Shown one piece after another: positions 1 through 12,736 of a stretch of DNA of 64,000 nt. This DNA comes from Takakia lepidozioides. Taxonomy: Eukaryota; Plantae; Bryophyta. The stretch lies in assembly GCA_030704615.1 (NCBI GenBank), contig CM060734.1, forward strand, positions 16,554,001 through 16,618,000, written 5' to 3'. The first letter of the stretch is position 1; each line of letters begins with the position of its first letter. Both the position numbers and the translations under genes were made by a program. Under the pieces are notes generated by a model, which saw only the letters and a list, made by a program, of their open reading frames with translations, was not told the origin of the DNA and made no database searches.

Positions 1-1052
1 TTCCCACTGCCACTCCTGGTCCACCTTGGTCAGCTTGGTTAGAGCCTTTGCAATGGCACTAAATCCCTTAACAAACCGTCTGTAATAGTTTGCTAACCCC
101 ATGAAAGCTCGAACTCGGCTCACATCCGTGGGGCGTGGAACCTGTGCAATGGACTCTACCTTAGTCTGCTGTACCCCCAATCCTCTAGGATATATCATGT
201 GACCCAGATACTCAATCTGGTTGTGGAAAAACTTGCACTTGCCTGGATGTAACTTCAATCCGTGCGTCCTTAAGCGCTCAAATACCCCCTGAAGGTGTCT
301 CTCATGCTCCTCCACCGTAGCACTAAAGATGATGATGTCATCTATGTAGCACCGAGCAAACTCCACCCCTGCTAGAATCCTGTCCATGACTCTTTGAAAC
401 TCAGAGGGAGCGTTTTTATGCCCAAATGGTAAGAACCGCCACTGGTATAGGCAATCCTTCCCGTGCTCATTGATCCCCCAGAATGCCGTCTTTTGCTTAT
501 CCGCCTCCTTGATCGGCAACTGGTGATATCCGGATCGTAAATCCAACGTGCTAAAGACCTTGGAATGCCCAATGGCATCAAAGATCTCCTCTGGTGTCGG
601 CATGGCATACCTATCGGACTTGGTCTGACGATTTACAGGCCGGTAATCACCGCACATACGTCTCTCCGTCCAATTGCCATAGACATCCTTCTTGGCTGGC
701 ATCACTGTGGCTGAAGCATACTCTCCACCAGAGAGCTCTACCAAACCTGCCTCCCAGAGATCTTGAGTCCTCATCTGAATCAAAGACCTCTCCATGACAC
801 TGTATCTATAGGGTCTCCGAAAGATTGGCGTGTCAGTGGCCAACTCAATACGGATCTCTTGACCCTTCAGTGCTCCCAAGTCCTTCAAACTGAAGGCAAA
901 GCAATTCCTGTAAGCCCTCAGGAACCGCCATATACGTCGTCTCTCTCCTCCGGTGATAATGGGTCCAATGTCACGCTCCCAATTGTCCTCCGTAACTGCA
1001 ACCTTAAATCCAGTGGGCTTAGAGGTAGAGGACGCGTCCCGTGGTTGCTATG
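1..1052 (-). pseudogene. Reverse transcriptase of the DNMT-carrying Gypsy (open to the window edge)
   Basis: Manual translation gives [49 protein letters not shown] and RAFMGLANYYRRFV. It is missing from the ORF track because the frame runs off the window. Confidence 0.93.
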
Positions 1053-1057
1053 TTGCA

Positions 1058-1758
1058 TATCGCCGCCCTTTGCCTTGAGGGCAAGGGGGTCGGGACACAT
1101 GAGGGGTTGCCCCTGTGGTGGGGGCAGCGGCAGCGATAGGTATGGGGGGCTGAAGCACCCTTGAGTGCCCAAGGCACCCAAGGAGGCGGAGGCGCTCACT
1201 AGGTGGGGTGGCTCCACAAGGGGTGGTGGTAGCTTAGCGGGACTTAGTGGGGGTGGCATAGGACTCACCATGGGGGCGGAGACCTCGTGGTGGGAGTCGT
1301 GGGGAGTCTTGGGACTCATCACGGTCCATAGGGGCCGTGGTGAGTGGGCCAAGACTCACCGCGACTCATCACCGGGAGTCGAGGGTTTTCGTGGTGGTTC
1401 GCCATAAAATGGCATGGCTGGTTGTGAAACCCCCGCGGACAGCTACAGAAGTATATATAAGGGGAGTAGTGACCCCGAGAACGGTGCAAGCCCGTTGGTG
1501 ACCAAAAACTAGTGAGTAAGCGAGCGAGCCGGAAAGCGACCAAAGAGTGGGGAGCTGTTCCGGACTGCCATCTACCAAAGGGAATTCTCCTAGTCCCAAA
1601 TAGGTGGAGGGTTTAGTGGGAAGCAAGGGGGACCGTTATGTCCCGGTGAGCAGCCGAAGCTCCAAGTTGGCCCGGCGGCCAGGTTGGGAGTCAGGCGCGC
1701 GCATCAAAGCGAGTAACTATGACTTGAAGGGGAGCTTACCGAAGTGAGGTGCGCGACA
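1058..1758 (+). repeat. 5' LTR of chromovirus copy 1
   Basis: Starts TATCGC (TG mutated to TA) and ends GCGCGACA. Matches 7279-8005 apart from a ~25-bp deletion near 1205 and a few substitutions. Confidence 0.93.
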
Positions 1759-1760
1759 CT

Positions 1761-1772
1761 TGGTATCAGAGC
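1761..1772 (+). promoter_or_regulatory. Primer-binding site (tRNA-iMet)
   Basis: TGGTATCAGAGC, 2 nt after the LTR end. Confidence 0.93.
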
Positions 1773-1813
1773 TTAGAGTTCAGTACGCGATCGTCCTTGG
1801 GATTGGCCTCATC

Positions 1814-4800
1814 ATGGGGTCGGGCAAGCCGAAGCGAAAGCGGAACGGCCCAAAAGATGATGATCCCGGTGAGCCCGATGGGGGCGGCGTGTCACCGAGG
1901 CGGCCGTTTGAGGAAGCGATGCATGTTTCCGAAAACGAGGCCGCCAAGAGCGGGAGGAATCCGAGGAGTCGGAGCCCGAGGAATCCTTGAGAGCTCCGAC
2001 AAACCAAGAGATGCCTCCCATGCCGGCAGCCTTTTGGGAAGGGTTGTTGGCGCAGTTTGGCGGGACGTTGAAAGACGTGTTGAAGGCGGCTAATGCCACT
2101 TCCACTAAGGCAAAGTTTAAGGTGAAGCCTAAGGAACCCGGCACCTTCGAGGGCGTCGAAATCGGAAGGCACTCAACACCTGGCTCTTGGAGCTAGAGCA
2201 GTACTTCCGGGCGGCCAAGTTGAGTGACGAGGATCGGGTGGAAGTGGCTCCCACCTATTTGAGGGGCTATGCTCAACAATGGTGGCAGAAACGCCTTCAC
2301 GACCGAGGTCCAAGCCCGGAAACCTTGAACTGGAGTGGGTTCAAGGAATTGATGAAGAGACAGTTTGTGCCCCTCAACGCGTCCTGGCTTGCCCGGGACA
2401 AGATGAGGAATTTGAAGCAAACAGATGACATTCGGGGATATGTCCAGGCTTTCAATGTGCTGTTGCTCGAAGTCGCGGACATGGCAGAACCAGAAATGGT
2501 CTTCAACTTTGTGGCGGGACTGGCCCCATGGGCCAGGCGGAAGTTGGAGGAGAAGCCACCCAAGACTTTGAACGAGGCAATTGAGAGGGCTGAATGTTTC
2601 TCAGATGTCCCTAGGGGTGAAAGACAAGGCCGTACGGAGCTGAACCACAAGAAGACCCGGCGGGAAGGTGACTCCTTCCGACCGGAAAAGAAGTGGGATA
2701 GGCCACGCGGCGAAAATGGCACGTGGAAATCGAAGGGAGGGCCTTCACACGTCAAGGCGGCACCCGGTGCTTCGAAAGGAAAAGCGGGTGGAGCGGCTTA
2801 TGGCGGACAGAAGGCGACCTTTGATGGAGTGTGTTTCAATTGCGGGGAGCCCGGGCACATGGCCAAGAAGTGCACGAAGCCCCGACAATTGAACATGACT
2901 CGGGCGACCACGGAGCTGTCGGAAGATACCATCAGTCGCTTGGTGGAAGCGGTGGTCGCCAGGACTTGCAAGGTAGGCAAATTTTCTTGTGAGTTGTATC
3001 AGGAAACTGGCGCCCTACGAAAAGGGAGTCAGTTATTGTTCGTGGATGGGATAATATCCGGAACTAATGTGTCGTTGTTGGTGGACACAGGAGCGTCGCA
3101 CTCCTTCATGACACCGGCAACGGCACAAAAGCTGGGACTCCCGACAAGTGACGTGGGGGCCTCTATTGAGGTGCGTTCTGCCAAAGGAGAACCACAGTTG
3201 GCGACAAGGTTGGCGTTTGATGTTCCTCTTCAACTGGGGAGTTGGGAGGGACGTGAGAACTTCACCATCTGCGAGATCGATGGAGTGGATCTCATTTTGG
3301 GGATGACCTTTTTGAGCAAATCCGGAGCGGTCATAGATGGCCGCAAGAGAGTAGTCACGCTGCCATGTGGGAATGGTGGCGAGGTTTTACGAGTGTCGGA
3401 AACGCCCAAATCCGTGGGAGGGCGAATAAACCTTCTGTCAGCAAAGGAGTGGGCCGTGGAGGAGGCACACGAGCCCCAGTTTTTGCTTTACATTAGAGAA
3501 GTGAAAGGAGAAGGCGATGGGGAGCCGAGCCCAGATTGGATCAAGGGGATTTTGGAGAAATACCAGGATGTGATGCCGGAGGATTTACCAAGCGGCTTGC
3601 CACCGCGAAGAGGAGTTGACCACAAGATTGAGGTGATACCGGGATCGGAACCGCCTGCCAAGGCGCCCTACCGGTTGAGCCACAGAGAGTTGGTCGAGCT
3701 GAAGACTCAGCTCAAGGATCTAATGTCAAAGGGGTACATCCGGCCGAGTAAGTCACCTTACGGAGCCCCGGTGCTATTTGCAGACAAGAAGGATGGGACG
3801 CTGCGGATGTGTGTCGATTACAGGGCTCTGAATAAGGTGACTATCAAAAACCGGTACCCTTTGCCAAGGATCGACGACCTCTTCGATCGGTTGGCAGGAG
3901 CGAAGTATTTCAGCCGGATCGACTTGCGCTCCGGCTATCACCAAATTCGGGTGGCGGAAGGAGATGAGGAGAAGACCGCGTGCAGGACAAGGTATGGTTC
4001 ATATGAGTTCTTGGTGATGCCTTTTGGGCTCACCAATGCACCAGCGACATTTAGCACGCTGATGAACAGCCTTTTCCAGGAGTGGTTGGATGACTTTGTG
4101 ATCGTGTACATCGACGACATCTTGGTGTACTCGAAAACAAAGGAGGAGCACCTGGAGCACCTCAAAAGGGTGTTCCAAAAATTGCGGGAAGGGAAGCTGT
4201 ATGCCAAAGCTTCAAAGTGCGAATTCGGGGTCACAAAAGTGGAGTTCCTGGGGCATGTGATTACACAGGATGGGATCAAAATGGATGACAGAAAGGTGAG
4301 GGCGATCTTGGACTGGGAGCCTCCGACTTCGGTCCCGGGAGTGCGATCCTTCCTAGGACTCGCCTCCTATTACCGGAAGTATGTGAGAAATTTCGCCAAG
4401 ATCGCGGGGCCGCTGTCGGACCTTCTGTGTAAATCCAAAGTCTGGGTATGGAACACATTTTGTGGCCAAGCTTTTGCTGAATTGAAGCAGCGGATGACGG
4501 AAGCTCCAGTCTTGAAAATCCCGGAGTTCGATCGTCCGTTTGAGATTCATACAGATGCATCGGACTTCGCGATTGGGGGTGTACTTATGCAAGATGGACG
4601 TCCAGTGGCTTACGAAAGTAAGAAACTGAATGAAGTGGAGCGACGGTGGCCGACGCACGAAAAAGAGATGAAGGCGGTGGTGCATTGCCTTGAGCTCTGG
4701 CGCCACTATGTTGGTTCCAACCCAGTGAAGGTGTTCACGGACAATGTCACGGTGAAGTATTTTGCCACGCAGCCCAAGTTGTCCCCAAAACAACTTAGGT

Positions 4801-6373
4801 GGCAAGATACTTTGGCAGTGTTCGACGTGGATATCCAGTACAAACCGGGACGGGACAATGTGGTGGCCGATGCTTTAAGTAGAAAGCAGCAGCTCTTGTT
4901 GGTGTACAAGGGCGAGACGGCGCTCCAAAGGAAGATCCGGAAGGCTTGCCGGAAGGATGAGCTGGCAAAGTCCGTGATGCAGGACTTGAGGATGGGGGTT
5001 AAATCGCAGTTCCACTTGCAAAATGGACTGCTCCGGTATAAGCAAAAACGTCTCTACGTGCCAAAGGGAGGGATCAGAGATAGCCTCTTGAGAGAATGCC
5101 ATGATAGCCCGCTTGCGGGCCACGGCGGAGCCAAGCGCACTGCGGCACTCTTGAAGAAAGAGTATTTCTGGCCCAAACTGAGGGAGGAGGCAGAGGAGTA
5201 TGTCAAGACATGCACCACATGCCAACAAAACCGAGCGAGTACAAAAAGCAAGCGGGGCTGTTACAACCCTTGCCGATTCCAGAGGGGACTTGGGAAAGCG
5301 TCTCGATGGATTTCATGACTGCTATGCCGCTGTCAAAAGGATTCGATGCAATCATGGTGGTGGTGGATAGGTTCAGTAAAATGGGCCATTTCATCCCCAC
5401 CAAGGAGACGGCAACGGCGCAGGAGACAGGGCGACTTTACTTCGCCCACGTCTTAAAGCATCATGGAGTCCCGAAGGATATTGTCTCGGACCGCGATCCA
5501 AAGTTTACGAGTAAATTTTGGAGGACACTTTGGAAGAAGATGGGGACGAGGCTGAAGATGAGCACCGCCTTCCGACCTACGACGGACGGCCAAACGGAAA
5601 GAGTGAATTCCGTAGTGAAGCAATTCTTGCGGAATTACGTGTCGGCAGACCAATCAGACTGGATGGAACACTTAGACGCGGCAGAGTTCTGTTATAATAA
5701 CACAGAACACTCCGCAACGGGAGTTTCCCCTTTCGTATTGGTCTATGGAAAAGCACCTCTGGTGCCGACAAGTTGGGCCGCCCAGGACGTTGAGGAACCG
5801 GCAGTAGCGGCGGTACTGGAAGAACGCGAGCGTTTGTTGAAGCTCGCAAAGTACAATATTGCCAAAGCTAGGAAACGGTATGAAAGGCAGGCGAATCGGA
5901 AGCGGAGGGAAGTGAAGTTTGAGGCAGGCACAGAGGTCTGGTTGAACATCAAGAATTTCCGACTACCTCCGGAAGTGAGTCCGAAGTTCGTACCTCCGTA
6001 TGCGGGACCCTTTCGCATTCGGAAGGTTATGAATGAGGATGTGTATGAATTGGAGCTGCCGGCAAACAGCAAGGTGCACCCAGTATTCCATGTCTCCCTT
6101 TTGAAGCCTTACTTCAAAGATGAAGCGCGTCCGAATCGGCATCAAGTGTTGCGTCCGCCACCTATGCTGTTGGATCATGAAAATGAACCTGAGTACGAGG
6201 TGGAGGCAATACTTAAGTCGAGGAGGTTCAGGAACCGAGAAACGGAGTATCTCGTCAAATGGAAGGGCTATCATCATGTGGAGGCATCTTGGGTGCGTGC
6301 CTCAGAAATGGGAAACGCATCCGAGGCGGTTGCAGCTTTCGAAGGGCGACCTCAAAAGCGGAAGAAGCGTTGA
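1814..6373 (+). pseudogene. gag-pol polyprotein with C-terminal chromodomain (three single-base frameshifts near 1948, 2158 and 5233)
   Basis: [14 protein letters not shown] knuckle, LVDTGAS protease, [20 protein letters not shown] RNase H, integrase HHCC + DDE + GPF, and chromodomain EYEVEAIL..YLVKWKGY..ASW (~6191-6345). Each frameshift is a 1-nt loss relative to copy 2 and may be a sequencing error. Confidence 0.93.
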
Positions 6374-7264
6374 TGGGGACATCAACCTTGGAGCGTGGGG
6401 GAGGAAATGCATGCTTAGCCCGGCTTAGCTAGCTTAGGAATCCGATTACAAAAACTTGTATTGTACAAAAATTTGTTATAAAGGAAATGGGTTCCAAATG
6501 TTGTGCGTCCTATTTTGTTTGGAATGGTGATGTACGGTATGGTTGGCTAGTGTGTAGAATGCATGCTAGCTTATAAAAGTGGGAGAGGTAAATTGGGTTA
6601 ATCGTGTGTTTGCGTAGTGCCGAAATTGGGTGACCCCCATCCAAGGGGCAAGGAAACTTGCGACTTCTTTGGGAGTTCACGTGCTAGTGCGCACCTGGCG
6701 CGTGCGCGTACTATAACTGCGCTACCGAGGGGGTTGCCTTGTAGTGCGGGCTAACGCGGAAGCTACGTGCTTCCGTTCACGTACTATAATCGTGTAGCCT
6801 CGGGACGAAGTCGTAGTGCGGCTTCGGTGTGTTCCCGTACCTCAGGCCAGCATTCCAAGGCGGACCCAATTGTAGTGATTGGGGCGCACGGTTGGTTCAA
6901 GGTTATCTTCCTAGTCAAAGAGGGTTCCAGGGAACCCTTGCTCAAGGTGATGCCAAAAGCGGCATCATGAGCGGTCGCAAGCAATGTTGTTGCAGTAAGG
7001 CGATTCGATCCTCGGGGAGGATCGTTCCTTGGCCTTGAAGTAGGCCAAGAAGAGTGCACTGGGAGGAGCTGGAGAGGCTCCACCCTTGGCCGGGACTTGG
7101 AGGAAGTCGGCCGAACTAGCTAGTGGAGAGTAGAGTCAAGTGTGGGGTTTGGTTCTTTGCCATGGGACGCCATGGTGTGGAAACAAACTCCTTGATGTGG
7201 GACGCCACAACTTGGATGTTCGTTTCTACAAAATGAACAAGTCGATGAGGACATCGACTCCCTG

Positions 7265-7278
7265 TTGGTAGGGGTGTG
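7265..7278 (+). promoter_or_regulatory. Polypurine-tract-like sequence before the 3' LTR
   Basis: TTGGTAGGGGTGTG immediately precedes TGTCGCGG. Confidence 0.6.
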
Positions 7279-8005
7279 TGTCGCGGCCCTTTGCCTTGAG
7301 GGCAAGGGGGTCGGGATACATGAGGGGTTGCCCCTGTGGTGGGGGCAGCGGCAGCGATAGGTATGGGGGGCTGAAGCACCCTTGAGTGCCCAAGGCACCC
7401 AAGGAGGCGGAGGCGCTCACTAGGTGGAGCCCCGCACACCGGGTTGCGGTGGGGGTGGCTCCACAAGGGGTGGTGGTAGCTTAGCGGGACTTAGTGGGGG
7501 TGGCATAGGACTCACCATGGGGGCGGAGACCTGGTGGTGGGAGTCGTGGGGAGTCTTGGGACTCATCATGGTCCATAGGGGCATATTGAGTGGGCCAAGA
7601 CTCACCGCGACTCATCACCGGGAGTCGAGGGTTTTCGTGGTGGTTCGCCATAAAATGGCATGGCTGGTTGTGAAACCCCTGCGGACAGCTACAGAAGTAT
7701 ATATAAGGGGAGTAGTGACTCCGAGAACGGTGCAAGCCCGTTGGTGACCAAAAACTAGTGAGTAAGCGAGCGAGCCGGAAAGCGACCAAAGAGTGGGGAG
7801 CTGTTCCGGACTGCCATCTACCAAAGGGAATTCTCCTAGTCCCAAATAGGTGGAGGGTTTAGTGGGAAGCGAAGGGGGACCGTTATGTCCCGGTGAGCAG
7901 CCAAAGCTCCAAGTTGGCCCGGCGGCCAGGTTGGGAGTCAGGCGCACGCATCAAAGCGAGTAACTATGACTTGAAGGGGAGCTTACCGAAGTGAGGTGCA
8001 CGACA
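7279..8005 (+). repeat. 3' LTR of chromovirus copy 1
   Basis: TGTCGC...CACGACA, followed by TSD TTGCA. Confidence 0.93.
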
Positions 8006-8324
8006 TTGCAACATCTTGAGCAGTACTCCCTTCCTGCTCAGTCAATGACAAAGCCTCATCCTGCCCCATCATCTCATCATTGAGAACCTCCTCATCCCGA
8101 GAAGAATCCCCAACCTCATCCATCACAGCTGCCTTTGTTGCCAACTCCCTCTGAACCTCGAGCACCTCCCACGTGTGCCATGGATGTCTACACCCCGTGG
8201 TCCTCACCGGCTCGCCCCCACTCACCGGCTCGCCCCCACTCACTGCCTGTACCGTCTCGGTAGGCAGAGAGACCGTCAAGGGAAGTGCACTCCGCACTCT
8301 ACGTTGCTCAGCCATAGCCAAGCT

Positions 8325-9270
8325 GATAATCCAGGTCAAGCAATTGAGATCCATTGCTTGCCCACCTGACGACGTGATACCTCAGAAGGAGAAGGCACCG
8401 CCGTGGTCCCAGTGGAAAACCCCATAGCCCGCTCTCGCTTGTTGGCATTACGCTCCACTAACTGCTGCAACTGAGCATCCCACAGGAGGCCAGGTCCACC
8501 ATCCCGAAAAGCATGGGATCCTGGGAAGCTGAGCAGTGTAGGTAATGCTGCTCGTGGTTGACCCACCCTGTTGACCACTGCCAAAGGCGAACGGTCATCG
8601 TGTCTCACACGTTGAGACTGCCTCCCTGTGTCCAAAATGCCATCCACGGTGAGGTGTGCTGGCCGTTGCACCCCATCAAATGCACGCTTGAGTAGTGCGG
8701 GTGGCATCAAGTTAGTCCACCAAAGCCGTGGACGATGAGCCCGTGATCCCACTTTAGCTGCATCTAGCAACACTGCTGACCCAAGCCACGACCGGACTTG
8801 ATGCACACTAGCCATCACCCTGGCCCGAGAATCACCCATCAGTGGCACATTCTCCAAGATGTATGCTGGAGATACAGCTTGATGAAGCTGCAAGTAGCGC
8901 AAAATCCGCACCATCTCCCAAAACAGACCCGTCCTCGAGTCTCGCAATCCATTGCCATGCCCGGCTGATGAATGCCCTTGGCAGGGCCAACCTGCCACTA
9001 CCAGATCAATGGAGCCAACCTGCTCCAAATCCGGCGCCCCCAGCAACGAAATGTCTGCTGGCAAGGCTTGTTGGTATCCAGGAACTGCAGACACAGGCAA
9101 CAAGTCAGGGTACTGCTGTACCAACTGAGCCACATGGCGCAGTGAGACGCGTCGTGCAGTCTCATCCCTCTCCACATACAGGTAACGCCTTACCCGCACA
9201 CCTACCTGTAGCACAGCAGCCAATCCGGTGCTGATCCCGCCAAACAAGTCCAGAAGGCAAATGCCTTCAT
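8325..9270 (-). pseudogene. DNMT3-like C5 cytosine DNA methyltransferase domain embedded in Gypsy pol
   Basis: Motif I LLDLFGGISTG, II YLYVERD, IV DLVVAGWPCQGHS (catalytic PC intact), VI YILENV, VIII AHRPRLWWTNL, IX ERAMGF, and X (GQAMDLNCL) after a small frameshift near 8362. Confidence 0.9.
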
Positions 9271-9790
9271 CCATATACTGCCACACAATAGGTGTGGTAT
9301 CCAATGGTGACAACTGAGGTGGTCCTGGTGCAATACCCGCACTCTCCTCCTCTCCTGACGGTACGAAAGCTTCTACCCAAGCTTGTTGCACCCGTCCATC
9401 AGCAGCCTGCTTCAAATCCTTGCTCGTACCCCACAATGGAGTGTGAGCAACCATGGCAGGCAACTCCGCCATACCATGCATGTCATCCTGCTCTGCTAGA
9501 GGTGGCACATCCTTTGCATGGGCATTGCCCTCCAGCAACTCTCCAGGCCAACTAACTGCAGCTGTAAAGGCGGCTAGTATTGGCATCTTGCCCCGCTGGG
9601 CAGCCGCTATACCCCCAATGAATGTCACAGGGAGCTGTGCACGGCGACCATCGCCTGACTGCCATCCAGGCCTGTAGGATGCTGACTCCTCCCAAAAGTC
9701 CAGGGTGAAGCTCATGGGATATAACACTGCCCCACCAACGAGGACATCGTAAGAGATCGCGTCTGTCACAATGGCCTTGGCTCGCATCAC

Positions 9791-12216
9791 TGAGCCATCT
9801 CTAGGATGATCCGGCTATAGTCTAATGGCCAACTGATGCCGTGTTATGCCCCGAGCCTGCTCTGATCCTCCCAGAGATGTCTGTATCTGGAAAGGACAAG
9901 GCTCCATATCCGCCTCCATGAGGCCCAAACCTGCAATAGCAGCTCTGCCCAACATCAGTGGCTGAGCTCCCGAGTCCAACAAGACCCGCAGTGGCCGGTA
10001 CTTCTTGCCTGCCGGTCCACTCAAAGTGAAAATGCCTCCCTGGTTGTCTAACAAGACAACTCTAGGTGTCACCATGGCGCGCTCAAAGGCTGGCCTAGCT
10101 GGCAGCTCCGTCAACTTGGCAGCTGCAGCTTGCCAGGGCGCAGCCATGGCAGTCTTGACCCTCAAATCCGAGGATCCCTCTGCCACTATACCTTCCACTA
10201 ACTCCGCAGAAGATGAAGTGACCTCCCCACTCTCACAGAGTGTTGCTGCTAGTCTGAACACTGCAGCTGGTCTTACTCCCGGCGTCGCAATCATGGTTGC
10301 TGAGAACAGTGGGGCTTGACACACAGAGGTGGCTGCCCCCAACAACACACCGGCTGCACTAGCCTTGGCAGTAGGTGTCAGTGCTGCACGTGTAGCTCTC
10401 CCCAATGGCATAGTAACCTCCGCCTCGGTAACAGTCGGGCGAGAACTAGGTGCCATGGATGGCGTCGACACTGTCTCCGCCAATGTGAATGACTGAGGAA
10501 GCCTCTCCTGACGGCTTGCCTCCCCACGTTGTGGATCCAACTCCACCTCTGCACCTCGTGGCTCAGGAACTCGTGCTGCTCCTCGAGTCACGGCTGCAGT
10601 AGACTCCACCTGCTCTAGTAGTAGTGCTGTTCCGCACATAAATCCCATGCCTCCCATATCTCCTCCCTCAGGAGCAGGAGGTGGACCATCCCGCCTGGGA
10701 GCCGGTACCGCCTGAGCTATAGCCATGGCAGCGAGCCTCTGCTCTAGCTGCTGAAGCCGGTTGGCCATGCCTTGATCAACACCCTGACCTCCGCGTCCTT
10801 GGCCATGTTGAGCTTGCCCTTGGCCTGCACCTCGTGCCCGACCACCTCGCCCTCTCTGGGCTGGTCCACCTCGCCCCCGGCCACCATTGTTCCCTTGGAA
10901 CTGGCCTGGTCGCAACTCAGGATGCAAGTCATAACACTGGGCATCTCCATGCCCATACTTGCCACAATGCCTACACTGCAACTGTGCAGGCTGTGCTTGT
11001 GCCGGCCTTCTGCCATTCTCTAGGCAATCTCTCTTGACATGGGGTCCTCCACAGGTCCAACATATCACCCCTGGTTGCTGTTGGCCTGCAAAAGATGCCA
11101 CGGGCCTCTGCACCTGAGGTCCCCTGTAAGCTCCATGGAACTTGGGTTGGGAAACCTTGCCCCCCTGACCACGCTATTGGGCAGTACCTTGTGCCTGTGG
11201 ACTGGCAGCTGCGCCTCGTGCAGGCATGTCCTTGCCAAATCCAATGGTAACAACTCGCTCCTCCACCATGTTGAGCTCAATCCGCTCAGCCAGCAGAAAC
11301 ACATCTGCTAATGTGGGTTGGGCTGCTTGTAACAGGGTTGCATCTCGCACCCTTCTCTTGAGCTCCTTGTCCAGAATTCCATATCAAAACTGGATTGCCT
11401 GAGCTTCAGTAACCCCTTGAGTCACACTTATCAAGCGCCTCATACAAGTGTACGCCTCTCGCAGGCTCTCACTGGGTTTGCGCTGGAAGTCTTGCAAACT
11501 TCGCAGCTTCTCTGTCCGTACACCTTGGTAGTTCCTCCGCAACTCCTGGAAGAACTCCACCACCGGGTTGAATCTAGGCACATGTGTTGTAGTCGTGGCA
11601 GGAGGAGTAGTAGCACCTTTTGAACTGGTACCACCTGCAGAAGTCCCAGCACACTTGCTCCACTACTAGTGCTGGCAGTGGGAGCTATTGGTACTGATGC
11701 AGCTACTGGTCGCGTCGTGCCTCGAATAATGGAGACGTAGTCAGGTGACCAATACATCCTCCACTCCTCAATCTCTGCTTCATGTCCTCGCCTGAACTCG
11801 TGGTAATCGTCCATAGGCGGGCCTTCCAAATGCTGGAACAGTCCCTTCCATGCCATGAATGGGGTGAATAGCTGTGGATTGCGCATCTGCTGCAAATCAC
11901 ACCAGCTGTCAAACTCCTGGATAAAGTCATCCAGCTCGATTGTGCCCACAGCTCCAGAGTACCTATGAGGCCCCTTGGTAGCTCCATACATCTCCTCCAT
12001 GTCGTCCCACAACAATGGCGAATGAAAGTGCACACCTGTTGATGAAGCCTCCGAATCTGTGTCTGACTCTACAGTAATTGAGGGTGGCGGTGAAGGTGGT
12101 CTGAACCGAATACCTCGTCTTGTGAACCCACTCTCATTGTTACTGCCTGTAGCCGTACTCTCCTCAAAACCCTTGGGTAACTCCGTAATGACACTCACAA
12201 TGTGCACCTCCCCCAC
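9791..12216 (-). pseudogene. gag, two Zn knuckles and aspartic protease of the DNMT-carrying Gypsy
   Basis: Gag-like LDDFIQEFDSWCD and FQRKPSESLREAY; CWTCGGPHVKRDC and CRHCGKYGHGDAQC; VLLDSGAQPLMLG. In frame with the DNMT ORF except for one TAG at 9815-9817; other premature stops and frameshifts are present. Confidence 0.85.
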
Positions 12217-12736
12217 GTGACACTATGAGGCTCTAGTACTAATTCTAATAGTGACACGGGTGGGCACTTGTTGCAGTTTAAGGGTCATATCCCAGTGGCT
12301 CAGGGCACCTGCACCTGCATCCACCGCAAGAACTCCTATGGTTGGCTGGTCATCAACCCAGTCTCACCACAGAAGAAACACTGGTGGTCTTGCTGGTCAT
12401 CACTCCAGCCTCACCACCGACAACATACTCTAGGATTGACCGGTGATCAAATCCGGCCTAATCCCTATGAAAGCAAGCGCCCACACAAAACCAACATGGC
12501 GCACAGTCAAGCATGCAGGTGTTGGGGGGGATCCAAACACAAGAAATCAAAACATCAACACCCCCACACCAAAATCCAGCTGCAATGCTGATCCTGCAGA
12601 ATAGCCCAGCCCAAAACCCCGGACTGACTGGCCTCCACCGAGAGAGGCTTTGGCAACTACAAGTACAAGGTAATGAAAATAGTACAGAGATGGAGGGGAA
12701 GAATAGAAGCCCGCCCAAGCAAGATCTAATCCTGAT

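Larger units (their letters stand above)
1058..8005 (+). mobile_element. Full-length chromoviral Ty3/Gypsy LTR retrotransposon (Galadriel-like), copy 1
   Basis: Two LTRs, 5-bp TSD TTGCA (1053-1057 and 8006-8010), tRNA-iMet PBS, gag-PR-RT-RH-INT-chromodomain. The clade call rests on gag/RH resemblance only. Confidence 0.95.

Noticed and set aside
918-1750. Pro/Gly-rich ORFs in the LTRs (also 7116-7947, 44675-45521, 50901-51635)
   Set aside because: GC-rich LTR sequence; the frames differ between LTR copies because of indels.
5210-5320. Programmed ribosomal frameshift in the chromovirus pol
   Set aside because: Copy 2 is in frame at this position, so this is a 1-nt deletion or sequencing error.
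8325-9270. Bacterial restriction-modification contamination or a host DRM gene
   Set aside because: It is in frame with retroviral-type protease and RT, has no neighbouring endonuclease, has non-permuted motif order, and lacks UBA/PWWP domains.
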